In this document: positions 1 through 13,422 of the stretch, piece after piece
Numbering within the stretch: the first letter of the stretch is position 1
Layout: each line of letters opens with the position of its first letter
NCBI RefSeq assembly: GCF_902652985.1
Contig: NC_047016.1
Location: forward strand, 24,738,001-24,802,000
DNA length: 64,000 nt
Source of the DNA: Pecten maximus
Lineage: Eukaryota
Direction: 5' to 3'
Notes under the pieces: generated by a model
Databases searched by the model: none
The model's input: the letters and a program-made list of their open reading frames with translations, nothing else
What the model was told of the DNA's origin: nothing
Made by a program: the position numbers and the translations under genes

Positions 1-817
1 GTGTATATCTCATTCAGCGAGATGACGTTGACGGGTGAACACGTGTGATAGTTTGGCTGCAATTTTGTTTTCATATATATTCGTAGACATACATTTTGTC
101 ATTTTTTCAATACGATACAATATTCTATAAAGAATGGTAGGAAGATGTTAAGAGCATGTGTGTTCTGGCGGGGAGAGGGATGCTTTCGAGAATTTTAAAT
201 CTTGCTTGATGTTGTAAAGAAATAAAACTAGCACACGGCGTGGTCGAGCCATTGCATTTTATTTGAGATTTTGAGTAATATCTTGTCATGGGTATGTTGA
301 TGGTGAAGGCATGATACAGTGTTATAGGAGAATATAGTGCATGTCTCCCAAAGCAAGGGACAATACATATCTTAAGATTCTTTCATATGTGCGTGTGTAC
401 AATGTAGGCTATGGATATATCTTCTGAGGGTCACAAAATGTGGTGAGCCCCGAGGCTTGAAGTGTCCTCCTATCAGGGAACTTGTGTATTTGCATGTTTT
501 TGTAACAAATGACAAGTGTTCTTCGGGTGCCAAAATTGGCTTCTGAAACATCACTTGTTTTTTTTATACATTAATGTATAATCATCATTTGTTTTAGAAG
601 TGAACACAATCCTTGTTTGGTGATCCGATTTAGATACTGTCCCACTGGTCCGACTGTAACCAGTACATTTAGTACAGTATCGAGACGTGATAGTGTCGCT
701 CAAATAAATAAATTGTCTTATCTAATTGCCGGGAACTTCGGGAAGGCCTATCGACTGAATAATGAATAAATACGATGCATATCAAATACATATCTACTTT
801 TGTTCATATAAATAGTA

Positions 818-1960
818 AATCATGTGATATCTATCCAGATTAAAAATCACTCTTCTGTTGCAATTAAACAGATGAAACATGACCAATTGTTAATATGTAT
901 CATGGCTATCCATGTGTCTTGATTTTGACATTCAATCTGTTAAGCTACATGTACCTGTTAATTTCGGCAAAATAGACATAAAACGCATGTTTCAGGAGAA
1001 CAAATGAAGCTCATGAGGTCAGTCCTATTGCCCAAAATACCCATGCTGTTATGGTCACACGTGTCTATAGCAGGTAGTGCGAGCGCTTGTTTGACCAGGT
1101 AGTGCGAGCGCTTGTTTGACCAGGTAGTGCGAGCGCTTGTTTGACCAGGTAGTGGGAGTGCTTGTTTGACCAAGTAGTGCGAGCGCTTGTTTGACCAGGT
1201 AGTGGGAGCGCTTGTTTGACCAGGTAGTGCGAGCGCTTGTTTGACCAGGTAGTGGGAGCGCTTGTTTGACCAGGTAGTGCGAGCGCTTGTTTGACCAGGT
1301 AGTGCGAGCGCTTGTTTGACCAGGTAGTGGGAGCGCTTGTTTGACCAGGTAGTGGGAGCGCTTGTTTGACCAAGTAGTGCGAGCGCTTGTTTGACCAGGT
1401 AGTGCGAGCGCTTGTTTGACCAGGTAGTGGGAGCGCTTGTTTGACCAGGTAGTGGGAGTGCTTGTTTGACCAAGTAGTGCGAGCGCTTGTTTGACCAGGT
1501 AGTGGGAGCGCTTGTTTGACCAGGTAGTGGGAGCGCTTGTTTGACCAGGTAGTGGGAGCGCTTGTTTGACCAGGTAGTGCGAGCGCTTGTTTGACCAGGT
1601 AGTGGGAGCGCTTGTTTGACCAGGTAGTGGGAGCGCTTGTTTGACCAGATTGTCGATTTTCTTTTGACCTTGAAATGCAAATGGCGGCTGTAAATTATAT
1701 TGCAAAAATATGAAATAAAGGGACGCATCTGGGCACAGTAAGATGAATGTTTTCGAGAAAAATAGTTAAATAGTGGAGTTTGGGCCTTTCTTTTTTTAGA
1801 AATCTGAATATTTCACCTCAAATTTTTAGTTTCATCCTAAATCACATTTTATAAGCTTAATATAGCAAATCGTTCCGGGTACACTTTAACAATTGGTCAA
1901 GTCACTTTTGTTTAATTGCAACAGAATAGTGAATTTTGATCTGGATACATATCACTTGAT
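818..1960. mobile_element. Foldback/MITE-like element with ~75-bp inverted arms enclosing the 25-bp array
   Basis: 818-892 (atcatgtgatatctatccagat...tgaccaattgttaa) is an imperfect reverse complement of 1886-1960. Confidence 0.65.
1071..1648. repeat. 25-bp minisatellite (caggtagtg[c/g]gagcgcttgtttgac), ~23 copies
   Basis: Direct tandem units with very few variant positions. Confidence 0.97.
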
Positions 1961-4783
1961 ATACTATTTGTAAACATGAACCTAAAGTCGAACCTTTTAA
2001 GCCTAACACGACGATATATGGCTATAACAGATATTAGCACAAGCAGACGACGTTGTATGAGTTGTTCCCCTTGAATGCCGATTACTCCCCGCGCGTGAAA
2101 TATTACAGCATGATTTTTCTTTCATATCCAGGCCTATCTTACTTATGGCGAGATATTAGAGGAACAATAATTCGATATTGACTTGTATACATTTTATTCA
2201 TTTTTTTTTACGGCAGCGATTGATATGCATTTTGTGATCATACCAGTCTCTGATACACTGTAGTACAATCTTGTACAGTGTGTAAAGGCTCATTGATGTA
2301 ATATCAGCATGTTATAAGTTATAATCATGGTCCGATGTTTTCAACGCTCATTGGCTATAACATGGTCACGTGGAGATTAGATCTAAAATATTGAGATTTT
2401 TACCCGCTGCTTCTATTATTAGAAATACCAAGTACTTTTTGCGTGTATGATGTTATAATCATTGTGACGTCACAGTTAATGCCCCCGTGTAAATGTTCTA
2501 TTTAACATAAAAGATAACGACCTTTGGTAAAATAATTGATAGATATCGTTACGACAACTCGTTACTTCTATATTGGTCATATTTTTATTCATTTTAAGAT
2601 GGCGGAGTGAAGTAACGAATATGACCGATAGAAGTACGGATTTGTGGTCTTTAATTGGCACTGGAATGTGTCCCTTTAACACATACGATGCGGATATTAG
2701 GAACACGTTTCTGCTGCTCAGGCTGTGTGCGGGGCAGACGATCGATCTGGGAACCTTGTTACGTAATCTAGCTTCCAAATTATTCATATGTCGTGATACA
2801 CAGTTTCCCTCAAGAAAATGGTATGAGTTTGACATACGGCTGGGTCGTCTGCGAGTTTCGACGTGTTCTGGCGGGCGCGCTCACACGATTCGGTACACGA
2901 TTTTTATGTATTTCTACGTAAGTCTTTGTGAAAGGGTCAAAAAGGCATTCACATTCCCTCCAAAATTCGTGGGATCACAAGGTTGTTTCCGGCGATCTTC
3001 TCAATTCGCTTCAACCAAGCTAAAGCCAATAGGTTGTAATGGAATTCATGCCAGCACTATCCTTTCGGCCAGACTTGGGCAGATTGGATGTATACTGCCC
3101 ATATAGCATAAATCACATACATGTATATTTCATGATCGTGAATGTCCAGCCAAATCTAAAAATAGATGCAGGATATATTTTAGTTATATTTTTTTCAACA
3201 GTTTCAATTTAAAGAGTTTCTTTGACAATCATTTTAACAACATGTTTAAGCTTTTGCAAGTTTTTTTATAATAATTTTCATCCTTTTTTTATCTTTACTT
3301 TTACTAGTTACTTCTGTAAACTTTCCACACTAATATAAAATATCCATTCGGCTTGAAATCCATATTTACATTGCATTGCACATGGACATGTAAATTTAAG
3401 AGAAATTGCTGGTACGTCATTTTATTAACATTTGCTGTAAGTCTACTTTGCAAAACTGGACAGCAGTGACGATAATGACAACCTTACGAACATAAAACAA
3501 CACTCGTTACAAACCGACACAGTCCCACGTGGCTCGAACTGATACAGTACAGATGGGCGGTCTCTCTCGGGCAAAAACTTCCTTTTGCAGCACTAATACT
3601 GTTTGGACAATTTTCGAATACCCCACTTCCAAAAAAAAGTATGGTTCTCCTTTTTAACAAAATACAAAGGAAATACAGTTCTACTAGAGACAGCTTTTGC
3701 AATCAGACACAACCTTAGAAGCATTACATTATGAATCTCATCTTAGATTGGACACTTGAAATGTAGCTTTCACAACATTTCTGTGATCCATTTGCCATTC
3801 GTAAGTTACTTAGCAAAGTGCACTGAAATATTATTTGAAAACCACAACTTTTATTGAAGTATTATCTTCCTAAATTGTGAAAATGTTCCATGATTTTATT
3901 CCCTTTACGTTCTACAAACCTAGCAGCCCAGCAACACCACTCTAAATTGTCTAGGTAATTGTCCGTATAAAGGGAGGTAAACCTTACAATCTCATTTTTT
4001 CAATACAACCTCATAAACCTGGATTGTATTCTGTTCATAGGGCTTACGTATCCCTCCCCTTAGCCCTGTTGTAATTCGTGGCGTACGATTTCCTCACCAC
4101 ATATATAAGTACAATAAAGATAGAATCTAGTTTCTGTGTTACAATTGTTATAAGATTGGGGAAAACTTCATATGAAAAATCAATTGTGTGGAATATCGCT
4201 TTCCAGTCAAGATGCGAAAAACAAAATAAAAAACTCGGACGTAAGCAGACATTTTGTTTGCAATTTATGACGTAACGTCATTATCCAAATCATGGCACTA
4301 CAACTGGTTTCTGCGTAGGGAAGACAATGGAAAACGTTCTTTAGTATATAATACTACAGTGACATATACACAAATTTATTATGTAGGCGAATTCACTAGA
4401 TTTGCCTTACAGGGGTATTGTTAGGGTATATTTGTATTCCTAATTAAGACGTAATTTGAAAGCAGGTTATATTTTATCCCACAGGCCCGTCTCTAGTTAC
4501 ACAATTTTCGCGGAATATACAAATATAATGTAAGTTAATTCTGCCAGTTAGAGGTCTGGTGAGCTGAAACGGAGAACGGCATGTCTTTTCCTTTTATAGA
4601 CAAGTTTATAAAACATCTACTAGATGATATATGCATCACTTCTTCAATTGTATTGAAATCACCCCTTACTTCAATCTAAAAACCTACAGAAATGGTGTAG
4701 CCTGTCGTAATTCTACACGTTTGGAATGTCGGTTAATGCAGATCAACCTTGCTGATATGGTAGCATGCCACATTTTCTTTCAG

Positions 4784-4857
4784 ATGTAACCGGATCATCT
4801 CAAGAGATAACAAAGGCTGCATTAGTTGAAAACAGGGGTTGTTAAGAAGAGGCAAGG
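4784..4857 (+). other. Possible 5'UTR exon of the myosin-CHS gene
   Basis: Strong acceptor (ttttctttcag) and donor (G|gtgagt); all three frames contain stops; exon 1 has an AG 3 nt upstream of its ATG. Confidence 0.35.
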
Positions 4858-5116
4858 GTGAGTGAGTAACCATGAAAGGATTTCTGTGTTTTTATTTACA
4901 CATCGTTAAACATACATTATGTATCAAGTCCAAACAGACCGACAGTGCAGATTTGCATCAGGTTCATAGACATGGCGAACACATCTTTTTATTTGCACCT
5001 AGACATTACAGCATGTCGCAAGTGACGTGTGAAAAGACTTCCGGGTAGAGCGTTTTATAGCATCTCCTGTCCGGACTAAGCGCTTTTTCACCTATGACGA
5101 TCTGTAATATTAGAAA

Positions 5117-5212
5117 ATGGCGGATGTTGAAGATATTTCCCAGCTGGAAAATGTTGAAAGTGACAGTATAAGAAAGACAATCAAGGAGAGATATGCCAAA
5201 GACAGAATATAT
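5117..5212 (+). CDS. CHS: Myosin-CHS exon 1 ([32 protein letters not shown])
   Basis: Typical myosin-head start (VEDI..L, RY..D.IY); ATG at 5117, donor gtaagt at 5213. Confidence 0.9.
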
Positions 5213-8200
5213 GTAAGTACATCAAAGACGAGTCAGATTTAGAGAGATATCACATATAAGATATGCTATGTACAGCGGGGACGAAACAGAAAAAGGGAAA
5301 GATATCAAAGATTAGGCTATAGTAAGTGAGCGGGGACGAGTCAGAGCTAGGAGAAATACACTGTACCTTATGGTGAGATATGTTTATTTGGAGAGGTGGA
5401 TAAAAGGACAATTTGATTTGGAGTTATTCTTGAGATAAAGTCTGTATGGAAGTTGATTATGCTCATAATAATACGGTACATTTTAATGTCAACATCGCTC
5501 TATATTGAAAATTAATGTTCATACCATTATCTATTACATCTAATGTACCTGGTTACTTGAATTTTTGAGTTTTTTAGGATATGAAGATGATAAATATTTT
5601 AGAAATACTAGCATGTTGAAATGAATTAAACCTGCCGTATTTCATATAAATTTTTAACTTGAAATTGACTTTTATTTATTAAAGTCCCTTGATTATTTCG
5701 CAAAAAATACAAAGACTAGTCATTATAGGCCTACACGTATTATTGAAATCATATCTGGTGGTTATTTTAATTGTTGAAATAAGGTTCTCCACAAATTATA
5801 AAGAGCAGCATCGCAGGTATATTTGGCTGATTATGTGTATATATTTCATTACACATATGAATTTAAGATAGAGTAGCCTTTTGTTAAGCAGACGAGTCTG
5901 TAGAAATCAATAATTATCAAATCTGTATCAATATTTCTTCAACGGACCATGGTGATATCGCAGAGCTGTTATTGTAGTATCGTCATCAGAGAGCATACAG
6001 TTTCAACAATGATTGCGTCTTCTGTATCCAGTTGTATCTCCCATGTCATCTATTTGATTTAAATTGATTTAAACATATTTTATTTTCATATTGATTAAAT
6101 ACAAAATGGATTGGGCACAAGTTTTCAAACTTATACTAAGCCCGTCCCTTCTACTGACAGAATATTACAGAAACCTTAATATTCCCCTGCCTCTTGTTGG
6201 TGGTCCTGAGCTATATAATTTTAATCCTGACATTCTCTGTTGCCTCTCGAGGCACCCGATTTCCAGTTATTACCCGAACAAAACAAAACAAAACAAAACA
6301 AACGAGTGTGTCATCTTAAACTGTCGAGTAATTGTTATACCTTGAGACATATTGTCTACTTTGTGGCAGTGCAGTAACAGGACATGGGTGGGTATACAAT
6401 GTATGTGTGCTGTAGGTAAATTGCCATTTGGTACAATTCAACGCGATAATTTTGTGGGGGGAAAACAGTTATTTAACACTGTTTGAAAAACGGGAAATGT
6501 ATTAATAACTTGCCAATATCCTAGAAATGGTCTGCTTCATCAGATAGGGATAAGAGTTTTTATATAACAGAAAAGAGAATTTCCAATGTGTTAAAACACA
6601 TATATAATATATAAATGAGTAATAAAAGCTAAATGTTAAAAGCACAACGGTACAAAACACACTGGTAAATGATACAAAACACACTGGTAAATGATACAAA
6701 ACACACTGGTAAATGACACAAAACACACAGGTAAATGACACAAAACACACAGGTAAATGCCACAAAACACACAGGTAAATGACACAAAACACACAGGTAA
6801 ATGATACAAAACACACAGGTAAATGATACAAAACACACAGGTAAATGACACAAAACACACAGGTAAATGATACAAAACACACTGGTAAATGATACAAAAC
6901 ACACAGGTAAATGACACAAAACACACAGGTAAATGACACAAAACACACAGGTAAATGACACAAAACACACAGGTAAATGACACAAAACACACAGGTAAAT
7001 GACACAAAACACACAGGTAAATGACACAAAACACACATGTAAATGATACAAAACACACTGGTAAATGATACAAAACACACAGGTAAATGACACAAAACAC
7101 ACAGGTAAATGACGCAAAACACAGGAAAATGACAAAACACACAGGTTAATGACACAAAACACACAGGTTAATGACAAAAAACACACAGGTAAATGATACA
7201 AAACACACTGGTAAATGATACAAAACACACAGGTAAATGACACAAAACACACAGGTAAATGACGCAAAACACAGGAAAAGGACAAAACACACAGGTTAAT
7301 GACACAAAACACACAGGTAAATGACAAAAAACACAGGAAAATGACAAAACACACAGGTTAATGACACAAAACACACAGGTAAATGATACAAAACACACAG
7401 GTAAATGATACAAACACACCCGTAAATGATACAAAACACACAGGTAAATGAAACAAAACACACAGGTAAATGATACAAAACACACAGGTAAATAATACAA
7501 AACACACTGGTAAATGATACAAAACACAGGTAAATGACGCAAAACACAGGAAAATGACAAAACACACAGGTTAATGACACAAAACACACAGGTTAATGAC
7601 AAAAAACACAGGAAAATGACAAAACACACAGGTAAATGACACAAAACACACAGGTAAATGATACAAAACACACAGATAAATGATACAAAACACACAGGTA
7701 TATAATACAAACAAACAGGTAAATAATACAAACACACAGGTAAATGATACACAACACACCCGTAAATGATACAAAACACACAGGTAAATGATACAAAACA
7801 CACAGGTAAATGACGCAAAACACAGGAAAATGACAAAACACACAGGTAAATGATACCAAACACACCCGTAAATGATACAAAACACACACGTAAATGATAC
7901 AAAACACACACGTAAATGACACAAAACACACAGGTAAATGATACAAAACACACAGGTAAATAATACAAACACACAGGTAAATAATACAAACACACAGGTA
8001 AATGATACAAAACACACACGTAAATGATACAAAACACACAGGTAAATGATGCAAAACACACAGGTAAATGACACAAAACACACACGTAAATGATACAAAA
8101 CACACAGGTAAATGACACAAAACACACAGGTAAATGATACAAAACACACAGGTAAATGCCACAAAACACACAGGTAAATGATACAAAACACACAGGTAAA

Positions 8201-11200
8201 TGATACAAAACACACAGGTAAATGATACAAAACACACCCGTAAATGATACAAAACACACAGGTAAATGCCACAAAACACACAGGTAAATGATACAAAACA
8301 CACAGGTAAATGACACAAAACACACAGGTAAATGACACAAAACACACAGGTAAATGATACAAAACACACAGGTAAATGATACAAAACACAGGTAAATGAC
8401 ACAAAACACACAGGTTAATGACACAAAACACACAGGTAAATGACACAAAACACACAGGTAAATGATACAAAACACACAGGTAAATGCCACAAAACACACA
8501 GGTAAATGATACAAAACACACAGGTTAATGATACAAAACACACAGGTAAATGACACAAAACACACAGGTAAATGACACAAAACACATGTAAATGACACAA
8601 GACACACAGGTAAATGACACAAAACACACAGGAAAATTATACAAACACACAGGTAAATGACACAAAACACACACGTAAATGACACGAAACACACACGTAC
8701 ATGTAAATGATACAAAACACACAGGTAGATGATACAAAACACACACGTAAATGACACAAAACACACAGGTAAATGACACAAAACACCCAGGTAAATGACA
8801 CTAAGCACACAGGTAATTGATACAAAACACACAGGTAAACTGCATTTTTAAAAAAATTAGTAGCACAACCTGCCGTGTTTTGTGTAAGTGCCCCTTATCA
8901 AATAACTAAATTATGCCCGCGGGTACTGTATTTATCTCTATAATCATTGTATTTAGGTAGAGATAGATAATTGTGTGCTCTGTATGTCTGACGTAGATTG
9001 GTAAATCGCATAACAACAGAGACTTCAATTTTCGCTGCATAAACTACACGCCTGTTATTTCATCTGTTTCAGCTATGCATATTTTTATATTTTTTTAAAC
9101 ACCCCATCTGATAAACAGAATTTTGCTTGGATCTGTTGCATAGCATTCCATGCTACCAGGAAGAATAGAGCAGCCTTACTGATATATGAGTAGAGGATGT
9201 ACGTGAATAATGCTGCACAGATACTTTATTATATACATTTTATTTGCAGACCTGAGTGTTGTTTAACGTGACAGGACCAGATTTATTTTTATCTTTTTTA
9301 TTGTGACTCATCTTTTCCGACAGTAATCAGGATATTTTGATTTCGTACTTGCATACTTCAATGCATCACACAACCCTCTGATAATACACGGGTGGTGCCC
9401 CTTCGGAACGTTCTGCGGCCCCTCAGTGAACAGGAATAGCCCTTTGAAATCTGCTGAGTTACATGTACGTCACAATTAAGTATGTGATAAACTTCTTAAA
9501 ATAGAACGTGAACCGTTTCTGCGCGCACCGAGTTACATCCTCGGATGATAAAAAAAAAAGAATGAGTTTGTTAATCACACACCGAGAAGTTTATTGCCAA
9601 GTCATGATGGTTTTTCACGTTTAACCTTTCTTTTGTTTATGTCTAAAAGGCTCACACTATAAGTCCTGGATGATGATGTGATTTTACCCAATCCTTTCTT
9701 TTGCCTCGCGACATGAACCAGTGCCTCTGATCGATTTTACGCTGCTTTAATCCGCTATTCTTCAAAACATACTAGTGTGGGCATTGCTTGTGTGACCTAT
9801 TTTTCGCGGGTCATTTACATATAGAGAGTGGGGCACCACATTAGAAACTGAATCCCCGTAATCAGTGGGTAGTTTCCCAGTTTTTATTGCAATTATGGAA
9901 AACTACGGTATCGATTCTCACATTATATCACCATTTGGGTATATATTCTATTTTTGTAATTTTGTGACTTTTTATACAATAATAATAAAAAACCCATTAT
10001 AGGTGCATAGGAACTTACATGTAATACGCTCCGATCACTGATAGAAAAAAATGGGATGAACTATTCGACATCGGGAACAACAAATGGGAAAAATATGTTA
10101 AATCCTATTTTGTACCACCACCAACATCAAACACCCATGGCTCCAAGTAAGAATTCTCCATCATATTCTGACAACAAATATGTATCTATACGAGGCTGAC
10201 CTCTCAGACTCTCTGATAATGCTTTATGTGTCTTCTACACCAGTGAAACACAAGTGCACAATATTTCTCACAGAGTTTTCAAACATTTTTTAGAAACTTT
10301 AGTTATTCAATTCTATTTTAGTAACGAATCTTCGGAATATTGTTACAACCAGGAATAATTGATTGACTTAATAATGAAATTTTACTTCTGACCTAACTCG
10401 TTATCTATAAAACAAGATGCCTTCAAAATACATTGTCATTAAATATGTAATAAACGAAATGAACTATAGCATATGGTAAAGGGGAAAGCTTTATAGGAAA
10501 ACTTGAAAGAAAATGGAAAAACTCCGTGAAATATTTTTTTTCAAAAACCTCAGTCAATAGCTATTACACAGCTCACCCATAGTCCTTATATAAACATTTT
10601 GAAATTCAAATTTGCTCTTGATCTGTATGATTTTTGTTGTTGTTGTTGTTGTTGTTTTAATGGCAGGTATGCCCCTTTATTAAGTCTGTATCTCCTCATT
10701 TTCAATTTTAATTGCAGTTGAAGTTTATATCTGAGAGTATGATAATTACCCTTCATCTTGACACATGTATATTAGAATCAGGAAGTATTCTTACTTTTGG
10801 GCTGCTATTAATTTTTTCACAAATGTTATATGAAATAATTATTATTCTCTTATAAACAAAGGGTATTTATGTATATGGCACTATTTACTTACAGTTTAAA
10901 GCCGAAAACATTTCACTCACAAAAAAAACAAGCTTGTCGTTCAATTTTACTTTTTTTTAAAAGCAGATTTTTGTTCTATCTAAAGCTGCAGTGCAAAAAC
11001 TAGTCTCTCTCTTTATTATGAGTCGTGTGATGCATGAATGTATTACACGGATTTTATTTAACTATACCATGTATTTAGAAAAATATCTGGATTAAAAAGA
11101 AAATAACAAAAACAAAATTATAATTTAGTTTTGTTTCGAAAACATAGAGAGGCTTTAAACGAGTGTGTAAATAATACGAGGACGATTTGACCTTTGAAGT

Positions 11201-13371
11201 GATGATGTTTTCTGTGACTATGTTAACATTGGCAGTCCGAGACGCCAATAACTACTCTTTACCAAATTTCCGACTTCATTTGACCAATATTTCGTTTTCC
11301 CCGGCTACTATTCGACTTTGGAACCAATTAGATTTAGAAACTAGGCAAAGTAACTCATACTTAGTTTTTAAAAAGTCTATCACTAATATATCAAAAGTAC
11401 CTTATTATTACTCTGTTGGAAATAGAAAATCTAATATATTGCATGCAAGATTAAGAAATAGTTGTAGTACTTTAGATAATGACCTTTTCCGATCTCATCT
11501 GACTGATTATAGTTACTGTCAATGTGGTCATCCTATTGAGGATACATATCATTTCTTCTTCGTCTGTAATAATTATGTTGAACAGAGAATCGAATTGTAC
11601 CGAAATCTGAACAATTTCATACCGCTAGATCTGCAGCTATTACTGTATGGAAGCAGTGATTTATCCATAGAGGATAATGTTACAATATGTAAAAACACTC
11701 AGAAGTATATTCTCGATTCGTATAGATTTTAATTCCCCTTATCTCTCTATATATATCTGTGTAAATTTATGTGTGCTTATCATATCTATTCCGATGCCGA
11801 TGGCAAAAGAGAATCGAATTTCCAGAAGGCATAGGAAGCGAACGGAGAGAGCTAACCATGGCACAGGATGTGATGAACTTTAGAAACAGCAGAGTGTTTT
11901 GAAAAGTGAATAGTGTGAACTTCTGCTATCGGCATCGGAATAGTTTATTGGAATAGTTTACTTGAATTGTTTATTCATTTGATAATCTATAGTCATAATG
12001 ATTTTTTTTAAATTATATCTTCATTATAACTCACTCCCATGTATATAAATCAATTGGCAGTTATGTTTGGTCGTGAACATACCTCGCATACCGCTATCAC
12101 CGGTATTTTATTATTTTATTTTCAGACCAATTGCGGTGACATACTCATAGCAGTAAATCCCTACAAAGATCTTCCCATATTTGGAGAAAAGGTAAATAAA
12201 TTGTGAACGAATGTGACATCTAAGCAATTGTTAGGGAACTTCCTGGTACGACAGTTAAGGCTACCATGATATAAAACACAATTGCTTATTAGAAATAAGA
12301 CACTACATCAGTTACTCGTTCCCGATATTGGCTGTTATAACTGTCATTTCTGCAGATTTCCTGGCAAATCAGTGATGGAGGTTAGCTGTTACTTCTTTCA
12401 GGCACATAGCCTAGCGATTGAGATGAAACACCAGTATACTGTCAGTGGAGATTGCCCATAACCACCAAAGTCATTCTAAGGCTGACGAACTTAATTTCTT
12501 TCGCAAAAAAACATTTTTAGGATACTATGCAAGTCGATAAAAACCCAATTTGAATTAAAGCAAGATTATTCAAGATTTACTTATTCACACCCTCGATACT
12601 ATGATGGAGTATGCCTACGTAGTGCATAAAGTAAACCATTTAGCTTTATATCGTATTGACATTCGTTATACGTAGTATGCATTCTTCATGCAATTAATTC
12701 ATCAATATCAACTTGTTTCAAAGCAACATGAAGAGTATAACTGGAGGACGTTACAACGTACTCCCTCCCCGCATGTGTTTCACGTGGCAGCGCGTGCGTA
12801 TGGTCGAATGCAGGAGACGCACACGAATCAGGTGATCCTTGTAGGAGGAGAATCTGGATCAGGAAAGACAGAGAACACAAAGTTCATTGTCAAGCATCTC
12901 GTATCAATGTGTCGAAGACAACCCGACAATCTCCAAGAACGAATTGTCAAGGTGAGCATTCTCCGTTATTAAGACTTTAATTCCATGATGTATTTTGCTT
13001 TTGTGTTAGTTTTTAATCTTTATTTAGTATCCTTGGTATATTTTGTTTCTATCTATTTTTTTTCTGTGTTTGCTTCATACTTAATATTTTTTCGACTGAT
13101 GCATGTGATATACAATGAATTTGATTAATTTAATATCACATATATATGATAAATATCAACTATTCCTATTCCAATAACATTACTTCATTTTTTAAAAGAT
13201 TAATCCGCTCCTGGAAGCATTTGGTAACGCCAAAACAACGATGAATGACAATTCCAGCAGATTTGCCAAATATTTAGAGGTGATATTTTCTGCTGATGGA
13301 CAGGTCAAGGGAGGTAATACTTGTGTATCTTGTGAAACTGTCATATGTGTTTATAATGTGCACTAACTTCA

Positions 13372-13422
<51 letters not shown>

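Noticed and set aside
1071-1648. CRISPR-like regular 25-bp repeats
   Set aside because: Units are head-to-tail with no unique spacers, there are no cas genes, and the context is eukaryotic
958-1728. Long minus-strand ORFs (256 and 216 aa)
   Set aside because: Translations of the 25-bp array, open in several frames
2476-3106. 177-aa and 119-aa overlapping ORFs
   Set aside because: No recognisable domain, and no splice link to the CHS gene
6502-8832. Cys-rich hydrophobic ORFs up to 554 aa
   Set aside because: Artefacts of the 22-bp satellite; the same peptide appears in all three frames
11187-11732. 181-aa ORF as a host exon or nested gene
   Set aside because: Motifs match a LINE ORF2 C-terminus; exons 1 and 2 join correctly without it
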